Shown here piece by piece: positions 7,332-15,853 of a DNA stretch of 25,477 nt; position 1 is the stretch's first letter, and each line of letters starts with the position of its first letter. This stretch comes from a virus. Lineage: Duplodnaviria; Caudoviricetes. Position numbers and translations under genes: made by a program. The notes under the pieces were generated by a model. It did no database searches, had not been told where the DNA came from, and was given only the letters and a program-made list of their open reading frames with translations. Location of the stretch: positions 1-25,477 of IMG/VR virus record IMGVR_UViG_3300049139_000009; one strand, written 5' to 3'.

Positions 7332-9547
7332 GCCGTCACAGCCCCTCTGAATCCGCCGTTAAGGAACTCGTCCCGGATGAGCGCCACCAGGTCACGGTCA
7401 GAGCGGATGGACCCCTGTACGTACAGGTTCACGGTCACCCCGCCGCCGCCCCCGGTCTTGCCGAGCATGTTTTCCGACTGGCCGTTGGGGATCACGGTCG
7501 AGCCGAACGGCAACCGCACCAGTTCGGGGCCCTGCTCGCCGACGAGGGTCATGTTCGAGCGCGGGCCGCCACCAGCCGCGCCAGTGATACCGCCGTGCGC
7601 CCGGTTCTTCGCCGCGAGGGCAGCGTCAGCAGCCGCGCTGCCGTTGTAGATCGTGTTCACGGTGACGGACACGGTCTTCGACTTGATCGACGCGAGTTGC
7701 GCCTTGGCCTGCGCTACCGCCGTCTTGAGTTGGGCGATGTCGGCGTTCAACTTCGATCGGCGTTCTCGGGTCAACTCCGGATTCTGCAACTCCTTACGGG
7801 CCGTGGCCAGCCTCGACTGGAGCGTGCTGATCTCGGTGTTGATCGCCGACTTGTACTCTTTGACCAGCTTCGGATCGCCGAGCGCGACGATAGCTTCGGC
7901 CTTCTTCGACAAGAGCTGCGAGATTTCAGCGTTGAGCGTGGCTCGACGCTCTTTTGAAATCTCAGGGTCCATGAGGGCCGTACGGGCAATGTCGAGCTTC
8001 TGCTGAAGGTCGAAGATGTTCGCCTTCAGCTCGACGGCCTTGCCCGCCTCCTGCGCTGCCCGCTTCCACTCGCCGACCTTGGCGATAGCGGTGTCGAGCC
8101 CGGCCACCATCTTGCGGCCGATCTCTTCCATGCCGGGGATGCTGCTGATCGCCTCGCCGACCGTACGCAGTACGCCGAGCACCTTCTCTGCGAAGCCCAA
8201 AATGATCTCTGTCGCGCCGACGAAGACGCCGGAGAGCACCACGCTGAGATTGTTGACGACGCCGAGCATCGTGCCGAAAAAGCTGATCAGTCCGGAAATG
8301 GCGCTGATCACGGCAGGTATGGCTTGGAGCAGGCCAACGAAAAGCGTGGAGATCGTGGACTTGTTTTCCGACACATTTCGTGCCAAATCGGTCAAAGAGG
8401 ACGCTATGCCAGAAAAGACGCCCTTTAGCTGTGGTCCGATCTGATTGAGCAGGCCATTGAAGGCGTCCGTCAGCGGTTGCATGGCGGGGGCAAGTTCCTT
8501 CAGCCCGTCACCCAGGTTCGATATGAAGTCCTGTAGCGGCTGCTTCATGGACGCGAACGCGTCAGCGAACGCGGGCTTGAACTCGGCTCCGACTTCCCGC
8601 ACCTTCGCCCGGACCGTGTCGAGGACGCCGACCAGCGGTTGCGCTACTTCCTTGAAGCCGTTCGTGATGTCGCGGTTCAAGTCGGCGAACTGCTCTCGCA
8701 GCTTCTCGGCCTGCTTGTTCGACTCCGCGACGCGCTTCTGTTCGGCCTTAGACCATTCCTTGTTGATCTCCTCGACGTGCATGAGCATGCTCACGCCGAG
8801 CTTGGCCAGACCCGCACCGAAGCCGAGCACCAGGGCGCCGCCGATGAGCGCACCAGCGGCACCCGCCGCCGGGATGGCGGCACCAGCCACCGCCCCAATG
8901 AGCGCCGGACCGGCGGCCGAACCAGCGGAGCCAAGCACGGACTTCAGCCCGCCGACGAGCGCACCCGCGCCCGCTTGCGCCGCGCTGGACATGCCGGACA
9001 TCAGCTTCGCGCCGATGCCACGGCCGGACCCGTCCGCTTCGCCGCCGAGCGCACCCCACTGCCCGATCAGGAGACCGCGCACAAGGTCAGTTCCTCGAAG
9101 CACGCCGGTACGCAGCCCGCCGGCCAACCGGTCGCCGATGCTGCCGCCCGCACGCTCGGCCTCGCCCTCGGCTCCCCGGAACGTGTCGGTAAGCGACCCC
9201 TGCACCTGCGACGTGCCAGCAGACACGGCGGACACGAGCCCGGACGCCAACCGCTCGCCGATGCTCTTGCCCGCCCCATCGGCCTCGTCGGCGACGCCTT
9301 GGAAGGTGGACGAGAACGAACCCCGGATGCCCTCGGCGCCGCCTTCTGCGGCGTTCTGCGCACCCTCGGCCAGACTGGTACCGATCTGCTTGCCCGCCGC
9401 GTCTGCGTCGCTCACAGCGCCCTGCATGTGGCCACTGATCGACGACCGCACCTTCGCGAACGCGCTGTTCGTACGGGCCGTCACGCCGGAGAACAGCGCC
9501 CCGGTCTTGTCCTTGCCGGTGATGACGATCTCAACTTCGTTCGCCAC
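7328..9547 (-). CDS. Tape measure protein (~739 aa)
   Basis: Likely GTG start at 9547 (MANEVEIVITGKDKT). Ala/Gly-rich helical repeats, a central hydrophobic stretch and a C-terminal VGEQGPELV motif; directly follows the chaperone genes. Confidence 0.92.
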   Translation of the reverse strand: MANEVEIVITGKDKTGALFSGVTARTNSAFAKVRSSISGHMQGAVSDADAAGKQIGTSLAEGAQNAAEGGAEGIRGSFSSTFQGVADEADGAGKSIGERLASGLVSAVSAGTSQVQGSLTDTFRGAEGEAERAGGSIGDRLAGGLRTGVLRGTDLVRGLLIGQWGALGGEADGSGRGIGAKLMSGMSSAAQAGAGALVGGLKSVLGSAGSAAGPALIGAVAGAAIPAAGAAGALIGGALVLGFGAGLAKLGVSMLMHVEEINKEWSKAEQKRVAESNKQAEKLREQFADLNRDITNGFKEVAQPLVGVLDTVRAKVREVGAEFKPAFADAFASMKQPLQDFISNLGDGLKELAPAMQPLTDAFNGLLNQIGPQLKGVFSGIASSLTDLARNVSENKSTISTLFVGLLQAIPAVISAISGLISFFGTMLGVVNNLSVVLSGVFVGATEIILGFAEKVLGVLRTVGEAISSIPGMEEIGRKMVAGLDTAIAKVGEWKRAAQEAGKAVELKANIFDLQQKLDIARTALMDPEISKERRATLNAEISQLLSKKAEAIVALGDPKLVKEYKSAINTEISTLQSRLATARKELQNPELTRERRSKLNADIAQLKTAVAQAKAQLASIKSKTVSVTVNTIYNGSAAADAALAAKNRAHGGITGAAGGGPRSNMTLVGEQGPELVRLPFGSTVIPNGQSENMLGKTGGGGGVTVNLYVQGSIRSDRDLVALIRDEFLNGGFRGAVTA

Positions 9548-9764
9548 TACCGCCCACCCCCTGACCACTGAGTTCTTCGAGAGCGAGCAGGCGTAGGAAC
9601 TCGGCGTCCTCGTTGAGGAGCTGCGAGGGCAGACAGTGGAAGCGCTGGCACATGGTCAGCACCCACCTGGCGCGCTTTAGCTCGCGAGGCTCTGTGACGA
9701 CACGTCCATCGGGATCGACGCCGCCAGGGACGGCTCTCCACCTGGCGACGTCTGCGGCAAAGGG
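9531..9764 (-). CDS. Tail assembly chaperone -1 frameshift extension (lambda gpGT analogue)
   Basis: The -1 frame is open from the heptamer C CCT TTG (9758-9764) to 9531 and encodes ...MCQRFHCLPSQLLNEDAEFLRLL, typical of gpT-like domains. Confidence 0.75.
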   Translation of the reverse strand, partial: PFAADVARWRAVPGGVDPDGRVVTEPRELKRARWVLTMCQRFHCLPSQLLNEDAEFLRLLALEELSGQGVGGSGERS

Positions 9765-10099
9765 GCGGGAACACCGCTGACCGCGTCCGCCCACGCCGTG
9801 ATGATGGTCATCACGAAGTCGAGGTCCTGCGCGAGCAGGCCGTCAATGTCGGCAGGGACGGGCTGGTCGTCGTCGTCTTCGAGGTTCCACGACACGAGCA
9901 CTTCGGCGAACCGTTCGAGCAGGTCCCGAATGCCCTCCATCTCCTCGGCCGTGGGAGTGGCCGAGAGCTTCAGGTCGAGCAGCGGAGCCATGTCGAGCAG
10001 TGCGCCCGTGGACATGGACCGCGCCTTCACTTCGAGGCCGTCCAGGTCGTCGGTGAACACCAGCTTGTAGACCTTGCCGGGCCGCTTGAACCCAGCCAT
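9677..10099 (-). CDS. Tail assembly chaperone (gpG analogue)
   Basis: 140 aa from MAGFKRPGKVYKLVF; VSWNLEDDDDQPVP motif; between tail tube and tape measure. Confidence 0.85.
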   Translation of the reverse strand: MAGFKRPGKVYKLVFTDDLDGLEVKARSMSTGALLDMAPLLDLKLSATPTAEEMEGIRDLLERFAEVLVSWNLEDDDDQPVPADIDGLLAQDLDFVMTIITAWADAVSGVPAPLPQTSPGGEPSLAASIPMDVSSQSLAS

Positions 10100-10100
10100 G

Positions 10101-10511
10101 TCAGGCCGACCAGGTAGGCACGGTGCCATCGGAGAGGACGCCGGGCGCCGACCATGTGAGCTCGCCGCCCGCGCCGCGAGACAGCGCGTAATCGGTGTAA
10201 AGCACCTCAGGCGCGAGCGTCTGACCCGACACGGTGATCGTGGTGGTACGCGCCACGCTGGTCGAGGACACCGTCTTGAGCACGACGTGAGACATGCTGG
10301 CCGCGTCGTTGAAGACGCCGTTCAGCGTGATGCTGAAGTCGGCGAGCAGAAGCAGCCGCTCCATCGCGCTCTTGTCGATGCCGGTGACGTCCTGCACGGC
10401 GCGGGGCGTCGAGAATTCGAAGTTTGTGACGTCGTTACGGATGTCGCACACGCTGCCGGTCGAGTCGTCAACGGACAGGGCGCTCCACGCGAGGCCGGAT
10501 TCCTTGGCCAA
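10101..10511 (-). CDS. Major tail (tube) protein, short form
   Basis: TTG start (MAKESGL...), 136 aa; QDVTGIDKSAMERLLLLADFSITLNG tube motif; immediately upstream of the chaperone. Confidence 0.8.
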   Translation of the reverse strand: MAKESGLAWSALSVDDSTGSVCDIRNDVTNFEFSTPRAVQDVTGIDKSAMERLLLLADFSITLNGVFNDAASMSHVVLKTVSSTSVARTTTITVSGQTLAPEVLYTDYALSRGAGGELTWSAPGVLSDGTVPTWSA

Positions 10512-10533
10512 CGGACCCACCTTCTCTCTGTTT

Positions 10534-10574
10534 GGGCATGCAAAAGGGCCCACCGCAGAAGCGATGAGCCCTTC
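10534..10574 (-). terminator. Hairpin plus U-tract (13-bp stem, 2 G.U pairs); 41-nt element copy B
   Basis: - strand GAAGGGCTCATCGC-TTCT-GCGGTGGGCCCTTTTGCATGCCC, intergenic. Confidence 0.7.
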
Positions 10575-10590
10575 GTGGTCGCCGGGTTGG

Positions 10591-11037
10591 TTACTGCCGT
10601 TCGATCTGTTCGGCTAGGCGCTCTTGGTGAAGCGCGAAGTCCTCGGTCCAGTCGGCGGCGTTGACGTGCTTGCGCACCTGACCGGCCGGGTTGCCCCGCC
10701 AGTCGCCGCCACGGACCAGGTACACCTCAGGCCGGGCAAGCCGGACCTGATGCGGGGCGAAGCAGCGCTGACCGGAGACGAACTCGAAGACGGTCATGCC
10801 CGCCTCGTCGCGCCGTTCGGTGTACCTGCGGCCTGACTCGCGCCGGATGTAGTGGGCTTGCTGCTGGCCGAGTTCGGTCCGCTCGTCAATGAGGGACTGC
10901 CACCCGCTAGCCATCGCCGCGCACTCGATCTCTTCGCATGTCGCCGGCCGCCAGTGAGTCGAGGGCGGGGCCACTACCTGGTAGGTCTTGAACGCGGTCG
11001 AGGGCAGTACCGGGGTGATCCTGTTGACGGGACGCAT
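10591..11037 (-). CDS. Conserved-looking phage hypothetical protein (148 aa, possible metal ligands) between the two tube genes
   Basis: MRPVNRITP... with TGATG coupling at 11035-11039; HWRPATCEEIEC, QRCFAPH and GGDWRGN motifs. Confidence 0.75.
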   Translation of the reverse strand: MRPVNRITPVLPSTAFKTYQVVAPPSTHWRPATCEEIECAAMASGWQSLIDERTELGQQQAHYIRRESGRRYTERRDEAGMTVFEFVSGQRCFAPHQVRLARPEVYLVRGGDWRGNPAGQVRKHVNAADWTEDFALHQERLAEQIERQ

Positions 11038-11780
11038 CAGAACGCCACCGCCACCGGGTTGACCGCGACGAGGACAGAGAACGAGGCCGCGGTGAAGGTG
11101 CCGGTCGTGACGACCCGTAGATACCGCTCGATGGCCTGGTCTGACGCGGTGGCGATCCGCTGCGAGGTGGGGCCGGTGGCTGCGGCGAACGCGCCGCCGG
11201 TCACGTCTGCGAACGCATCGGCGCCGCCGTCGTCGTCGGACTGCTGCAGCTTGACCGTGACGGACGTGCCGGTGAACGCGGTCACCTGTAGGTACGCCTG
11301 CAACCCGTGGGTGCCAGCCGCGCCCATGTCCACGGACGTGCCGTTGGTGGCTGCCGTGTCGGCCCGTACGCCCGCCGTGAGCTGCGTTCCCCATTCCAGG
11401 CCGTACGCGTTTGCCGCCGCCTGTACGTCGATCGTGAAGCTGCCGTCATCGCCCCGTGTGGGGGCGTAGTCGATCTGCTTCCCGACCATCGCAGCGCCGG
11501 ACCCGCCGAGCGTGGTCCCGCGAAGGTAGGTGACGATCTGGTCGGTGGTGGGCAGCGCGGACAGTCGCGGGTGCGCCCTGCCGGTGGCCGGGTTGAACCA
11601 GGCCGAGAACTCGATCGCGCCGTCCCGTAGGCCGCCGATCCGCTCGGGTGCCAGCTTGTCGATGCCGGTGACCTCAAGCGGGGCCGGGCCGCCGCTGATG
11701 CTGCCGAGCGAACCGATGTCGCCCGACAGGTCGTAGCCCGCCACGAGCAGGCGGTCACCTAGCCCTGACTGCTTCGCCAT
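11037..11780 (-). CDS. Tail tube-like protein with extra C-terminal beta-sandwich domain (247 aa)
   Basis: MAKQSGLG... with TGATG coupling; EVTGIDKLAPERIGGLRDGAIEF is paralogous to 10101..10511. Confidence 0.75.
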   Translation of the reverse strand: MAKQSGLGDRLLVAGYDLSGDIGSLGSISGGPAPLEVTGIDKLAPERIGGLRDGAIEFSAWFNPATGRAHPRLSALPTTDQIVTYLRGTTLGGSGAAMVGKQIDYAPTRGDDGSFTIDVQAAANAYGLEWGTQLTAGVRADTAATNGTSVDMGAAGTHGLQAYLQVTAFTGTSVTVKLQQSDDDGGADAFADVTGGAFAAATGPTSQRIATASDQAIERYLRVVTTGTFTAASFSVLVAVNPVAVAF

Positions 11781-12238
11781 CACGCCTCCTGTGTCCAAAC
11801 GTCGTTGATGATCATTGGGAGCGTGATCGTGAAGACCCGATACAGGACGTTGTCCTGCGAGATGTAGCCCGCCTGCCCCGACAGGCTCGCGCCCGTCTGG
11901 CCGAGCAGGTCCACATTGCGGACGAGGCCGCCGAGATCGAAGTCGCCGGAGTAGGCCGACATGAGCGCGTCCACTGCGGTCAGCATGTTGGGGTCGATCG
12001 CGTCGGCAGGCTCTTGGAGCATCGACGTGTAGATGCGGACGTTAAGCACGAGGCGCGCGGTGGTGGCGCGTAGCCCTGATCCGGAAGGGACGGGACCGAT
12101 CTCCTGTACCCATACGGCCCCTGTGAGGCCGCTGCCGGGCGCTGAGGCCGGTTCGTGTCCGTTCACCCGTTCGAAGTGCCCGAGGGCCAGAGCGTGGCTT
12201 ACAGCGGCGTTCATGATGCCTGTGGTGTCGAGGCTCAC
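11780..12238 (-). CDS. Tail terminator / tail completion protein
   Basis: 152 aa; size, position before the tube genes and DFDLGGLV motif. Confidence 0.65.
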   Translation of the reverse strand: MSLDTTGIMNAAVSHALALGHFERVNGHEPASAPGSGLTGAVWVQEIGPVPSGSGLRATTARLVLNVRIYTSMLQEPADAIDPNMLTAVDALMSAYSGDFDLGGLVRNVDLLGQTGASLSGQAGYISQDNVLYRVFTITLPMIINDVWTQEA

Positions 12239-12621
12239 TGCATTCTCCGCAGATACTTCGGCAAGACCCGCTCGGCGGTGACCTTCGCAAGCGCCTGTAG
12301 CCGCTGAGTCGCTACCCGCCAGTGGTTGTAGCCCCGGAACCTCGTAGCAGGGGCGTTACGGCTGCCCGTACCTGCCAGCCACGGCCCGTAGATCACGCCC
12401 CCATCGGTGACCACCCGGTCACCCGCCGCCCGGTCCGTCTGAATCTGATTCCGGTAGTACGGCGTCTGAGTGCGTAGGACGCGATCGAGCTGCGTCCGGA
12501 CGATGTTGACGCCAACCTCGGCGATCTCCCGCTCGGCGTCGTCGATGAACGCCTCGACGGCAGCAGCCGCACGCCCATCGAACGCAGGCCCCGCCGAGCC
12601 GGTGCTGACCTTGATCTCCAT
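12235..12621 (-). CDS. Neck/tail completion protein (HK97 gp10-like position)
   Basis: 128 aa, basic; VIYGPWLAGTG...FRGY motif; synteny. Confidence 0.6.
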   Translation of the reverse strand: MEIKVSTGSAGPAFDGRAAAAVEAFIDDAEREIAEVGVNIVRTQLDRVLRTQTPYYRNQIQTDRAAGDRVVTDGGVIYGPWLAGTGSRNAPATRFRGYNHWRVATQRLQALAKVTAERVLPKYLRRMQ

Positions 12622-13662
12622 CTACACCCCTCGAATCCGTGCCTTGCGCCCGTAGGCGGTGTACGCCTGGTCGCGGATGTCTCGAAGCGCACGGCCGGCC
12701 GCCTCGCGCTGGTTGTCGCCGGACCCGACCGTGCGGGCGTAACCGGACTGGCGTTGCAGCAGCGTGTTCAGCGCCTCGGCGAGGCACAGTTCCCGCACCA
12801 GGCCGGGCAGCTCATGACGGGCAATGGCGGTCGCGTCGTCATGAGCCGCTGCAGTGGTGCCGAGCGCGCCACGCTCGACGGTCAAAGCGCGCGGCCCGTA
12901 GACGGCCGAGCCGGTATGGGTAGCCAAGACCGACCCATCCCATGCCCTCTTGACCGTGATCAGGTTGCCCGCGATGTCGACAATCAACATCCGCTCGGAG
13001 TCGAGTAGCAGCACCTCGTCCACCGCGTACGCCGTGCCGTCCTCGACGAGGACAGACACGTCAGCGTTGGACGCGGTCAGGTCGGCCTGCAACGTCTGCC
13101 CAGTGCTAGCCATTGACCTGCCGGTGATGACCATGCGCTCGTCTCCGATGCGCAGGATGTCGCCTACGCCTACCGCTGCGGAGTCGGACACGGTCACGGC
13201 GGTCGAGCTGGTGTCGAGGGCTGCGGCGAGTGCCCCGGCGGGTGCTTCGCCCGCGCTGTAGCCGAACACGCCTGTGATGGCGATGGCTCGTTGGTGGGTG
13301 CCGCCGGACCCGAACGCTGACGACGAGTCGATGTCGATCTCGACGTGCGTGTATGGCGGGCCGTCGTCGGGCCGTAGGAAGTAGTCGGACGAGGGGATCT
13401 CCTCGTCGGCCACCATGAGGACCGCCACCTCGATCAGCTCGTGCTGGTCGAGCCACAGACGCCACGATCGGGCGCGCTGCGGGTTGGGCCAGTCGAAGTA
13501 GCGCGTCCCGGTCCACGGGTAGAAGCGGCGATGTAGCAGCCCCTCGATGGTGCGCGAGGCGGAGTCGATGGCCTCGTCTACCTGGCGGTCACTGCGGGCC
13601 GTCAGCTTCACGTCAAGGGCGGCCTTCACCCGTTCCCTGGTGGTGTACCAAATGCTGCTCAC
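12622..13662 (-). CDS. Head-to-tail adaptor with inserted beta domains
   Basis: 346 aa; adaptor-type N-terminus (YTTRERVKAAL...AIDSASRTIEG...RRF), AIAITGVFGY, and C-terminal PGLVRELCL. Confidence 0.75.
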   Translation of the reverse strand: MSSIWYTTRERVKAALDVKLTARSDRQVDEAIDSASRTIEGLLHRRFYPWTGTRYFDWPNPQRARSWRLWLDQHELIEVAVLMVADEEIPSSDYFLRPDDGPPYTHVEIDIDSSSAFGSGGTHQRAIAITGVFGYSAGEAPAGALAAALDTSSTAVTVSDSAAVGVGDILRIGDERMVITGRSMASTGQTLQADLTASNADVSVLVEDGTAYAVDEVLLLDSERMLIVDIAGNLITVKRAWDGSVLATHTGSAVYGPRALTVERGALGTTAAAHDDATAIARHELPGLVRELCLAEALNTLLQRQSGYARTVGSGDNQREAAGRALRDIRDQAYTAYGRKARIRGV

Positions 13663-13690
13663 GGGTGCCTCCCAGGGCGGTCAGGCGTCT

Positions 13691-14020
13691 TCAGTTGTCA
13701 GCCGGTCCAGGTCCAGCCGTCGAACCTGCAGCGGAGTTGCCCTTGCGGGTCCGCTTGGAGTGGTTCGCCGTCGTTGGGGCAGGCCGAGGGCGCGGCGTCT
13801 CGCTCGGCTTCTCGCTCGGCTGCGGCTTCTGCGGCGATGTCGAGGAGCTGTTCCCAGGCGATGGCGGCACCTCCTCGGGAGTGGTGGACGCGCCACCATG
13901 ACGGGTGATCTTCGGCATGGGCTGTCCCTGCTCTACGAAGTCGGTCGATTGGCAATGAGGGCACCCAGGCAGCCCCACCGCGTAGGCGGTGGAGCAGCCC
14001 AGGCACAGCCACAGAGCCAT
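13691..14020 (-). CDS. Small Zn-ribbon protein with disordered Pro/Ser-rich tail (109 aa)
   Basis: TGATG coupling at 14018-14022; WLCLGC...GCPHC (2 x CxxC), then MPKITRHGG and a low-complexity tail. Confidence 0.65.
   Translation of the reverse strand: MALWLCLGCSTAYAVGLPGCPHCQSTDFVEQGQPMPKITRHGGASTTPEEVPPSPGNSSSTSPQKPQPSEKPSETPRPRPAPTTANHSKRTRKGNSAAGSTAGPGPADN
13698..13862 (-). CDS. Nested out-of-frame 54-aa protein (WEQLLDI...CPNDG...CRFDGW) with apparent ATC start
   Basis: Strong SD GAGGAGGT (13869-13876), 6-nt spacer, then ATC GCC TGG GAA; protein-like helix plus paired CxxD motifs. Confidence 0.6.
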   Translation of the reverse strand: MAWEQLLDIAAEAAAEREAERDAAPSACPNDGEPLQADPQGQLRCRFDGWTWTG

Positions 14021-14439
14021 CAGGCCCCGAGCGCCGGCAGATTCGCGGGCGTCCGCTGGACGGCGAGATCGTGCACGATCGCCTTGACCAGACCCGACGC
14101 GCCCGCCGAGCACTTCACGTACACCTTGCCGTCCGGCAGCGCCGTCGCCGGGACGTAGAACACAGCGGTGCCGGACGCCACCACAACCGCGTTAGATGCG
14201 GTCTGCGTGGTGTCGACCCACGCGGCCGAACCGTTCGTCGCCGTGTTCGTGGACTTCCTAGTGACGATGTTGCCGGGGGTCGCGTAGCTGCCGCCGAACG
14301 TGTCCGCCACGGTGAGCGTGAACGTGTCCGCGCCGGTTACAACGAACGTCACACCGGCCGCGTCCTTCAGGCTGACGCCGATGCCGGCCGCGATCGGGAC
14401 CACGTTGAAGAGACGGCCGAGACCTTCCTGTCCTGCCAT
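14020..14439 (-). CDS. Putative capsid decoration/cement protein
   Basis: 139 aa, beta-rich, directly downstream of the major capsid gene; AGAGGAAGG SD. Confidence 0.6.
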   Translation of the reverse strand: MAGQEGLGRLFNVVPIAAGIGVSLKDAAGVTFVVTGADTFTLTVADTFGGSYATPGNIVTRKSTNTATNGSAAWVDTTQTASNAVVVASGTAVFYVPATALPDGKVYVKCSAGASGLVKAIVHDLAVQRTPANLPALGA

Positions 14440-14483
14440 GGGTGTTGCCTTCCTCTTGGGGTGTTAATGCCAGTTCGGAACGG

Positions 14484-14515
14484 GCCCCGCCGGGGAGTTG
14501 AAGGCCCGGCGGGGC
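14484..14515 (-). terminator. GC-rich hairpin after the major capsid gene
   Basis: gccccgccggg-N10-cccggcggggc, perfect 11-bp stem just past the capsid stop; no clear U-tract. Confidence 0.55.
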
Positions 14516-14524
14516 TGGCGTACG

Positions 14525-15853
14525 TCAGGCCCGAGCCGCGATCTTGACGAACGGGGACAGGGTGTTGGTGCCCTTCTTGGGCGTGATGGCGCTGTTCAGC
14601 CACGGCCGACCGTCAGCACGCTGGATGATGCGGACGGCGGTCTGGTCGGTGTCGAACTCGACGTGCTCGGACGTCGCCATTTGCATCTGCTGACGGTCGC
14701 CGATCAGGTAGTACGACAGGTCGACGAAGTTGAGGTCGCCCGCGTCGCCGAGGGTTTCCGCCTTCTCCGTGAAGATGACCGGCCTGCCGAGGATGCTCAT
14801 CGGTGGGCCCTCGACGCCGTTGTTGAGCCAGATGGCGCCGCTGCCAGTGCCGCCGGGCGCGGCCATCGTGGCGAGCTGCGGGAAGGTGTCGATGTTCGCG
14901 ATCCACACAGCGCCGCCCAAGCTCGACGGCAGCATGCGGGCGTACATCCCTACGACGTTCTCCCAGGTGATCGTGTCGGCGGCCTGAGAGCCGCCCTTGG
15001 CCACGGACACCGCAGCGTCGGCCTTGAGGAAGCCCAGCGGCTCACCCACGCCAGTGCCGGAGAAGAACGCGGAGTCCTCGGCGAACGACAGGGCAAGCGG
15101 CCACTTCTGCGAGAGAAACGCCTCGAAGCTGGTGATGGAGTCCGCGAACAGCTCGTTCGGGACGATCGAATAGCCCGTGAGCTTCTTCGCGTCGAGGACC
15201 ACCCTCCCGAACTTGGCGGACGACTTCTGGAGTGCGCCAGCCTCCTCTGTCCAGTACGCGATCATGCCGCCGAACACGGAACCCGCGTTCGTGGTCGAGT
15301 CGATCGTGGGGAACGGGACGCGGGCCGACTCCATCGGCACGACCATGGCGCGCGGACGCACGATGGACGTCTCCAGCGACGTCTGAAGCAGGGTGGACCG
15401 CAGCGACTCGGGGACGAGGAAACCACCGTCAGACGGGACGGCCGAACTGTAGTCGTTGCGGATCTTCGCGCGCTTCGCGGACGCCTCGGGCGACTGGCTG
15501 TTGTACCAGATGGTGCGCAGGTAGTCGGCGGTGTCGGTGAACTCGGCGTCCAGGACAGCGCCCAGCGCCTTCGGGTTGTAGCCAGCGCCGCGGTCCTTCG
15601 GAGCCGGACGGGACGGGTCGAGGTTGAGCCGCTTGACGTTGTCGACCTGGTTGTCCTTCAGCCACTCGGCGAGAACCCGCTGAGTCTCCTCACGCACCTG
15701 AGTGGCGACCGACTCGTCCTTGGCCTTGATGGCGTCGGCGTAGTTCTTCACGAACTGGCCGAAGGTGCCCTCCTTGAACAGGGCCTCGACCTTGGTCCGG
15801 TCCGACAGGATCTCTTCCAGCTCGGCCGGAGCCGTGGGGACGGTGGTGGTCAT
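14525..15853 (-). CDS. Major capsid protein (HK97 fold)
   Basis: 442 aa; DGGFLVPE, WTEEAG, AKKLTG, GTGVGEPLG, ILGRPV and RADGRP motifs. Confidence 0.95.
   Translation of the reverse strand: MTTTVPTAPAELEEILSDRTKVEALFKEGTFGQFVKNYADAIKAKDESVATQVREETQRVLAEWLKDNQVDNVKRLNLDPSRPAPKDRGAGYNPKALGAVLDAEFTDTADYLRTIWYNSQSPEASAKRAKIRNDYSSAVPSDGGFLVPESLRSTLLQTSLETSIVRPRAMVVPMESARVPFPTIDSTTNAGSVFGGMIAYWTEEAGALQKSSAKFGRVVLDAKKLTGYSIVPNELFADSITSFEAFLSQKWPLALSFAEDSAFFSGTGVGEPLGFLKADAAVSVAKGGSQAADTITWENVVGMYARMLPSSLGGAVWIANIDTFPQLATMAAPGGTGSGAIWLNNGVEGPPMSILGRPVIFTEKAETLGDAGDLNFVDLSYYLIGDRQQMQMATSEHVEFDTDQTAVRIIQRADGRPWLNSAITPKKGTNTLSPFVKIAARA

Noticed and set aside
2396-11394. 5' extensions given by the ORF track (2710, 7287, 9568, 10129, 10553, 11394)
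   Set aside because: They overlap upstream genes or a terminator; downstream starts have SD sequences or stop-start coupling.
10101-11780. Two tube genes as a sign of a contractile injection system or tailocin
   Set aside because: No sheath or baseplate wedge genes; capsid, portal, terminase and replication genes are all present.
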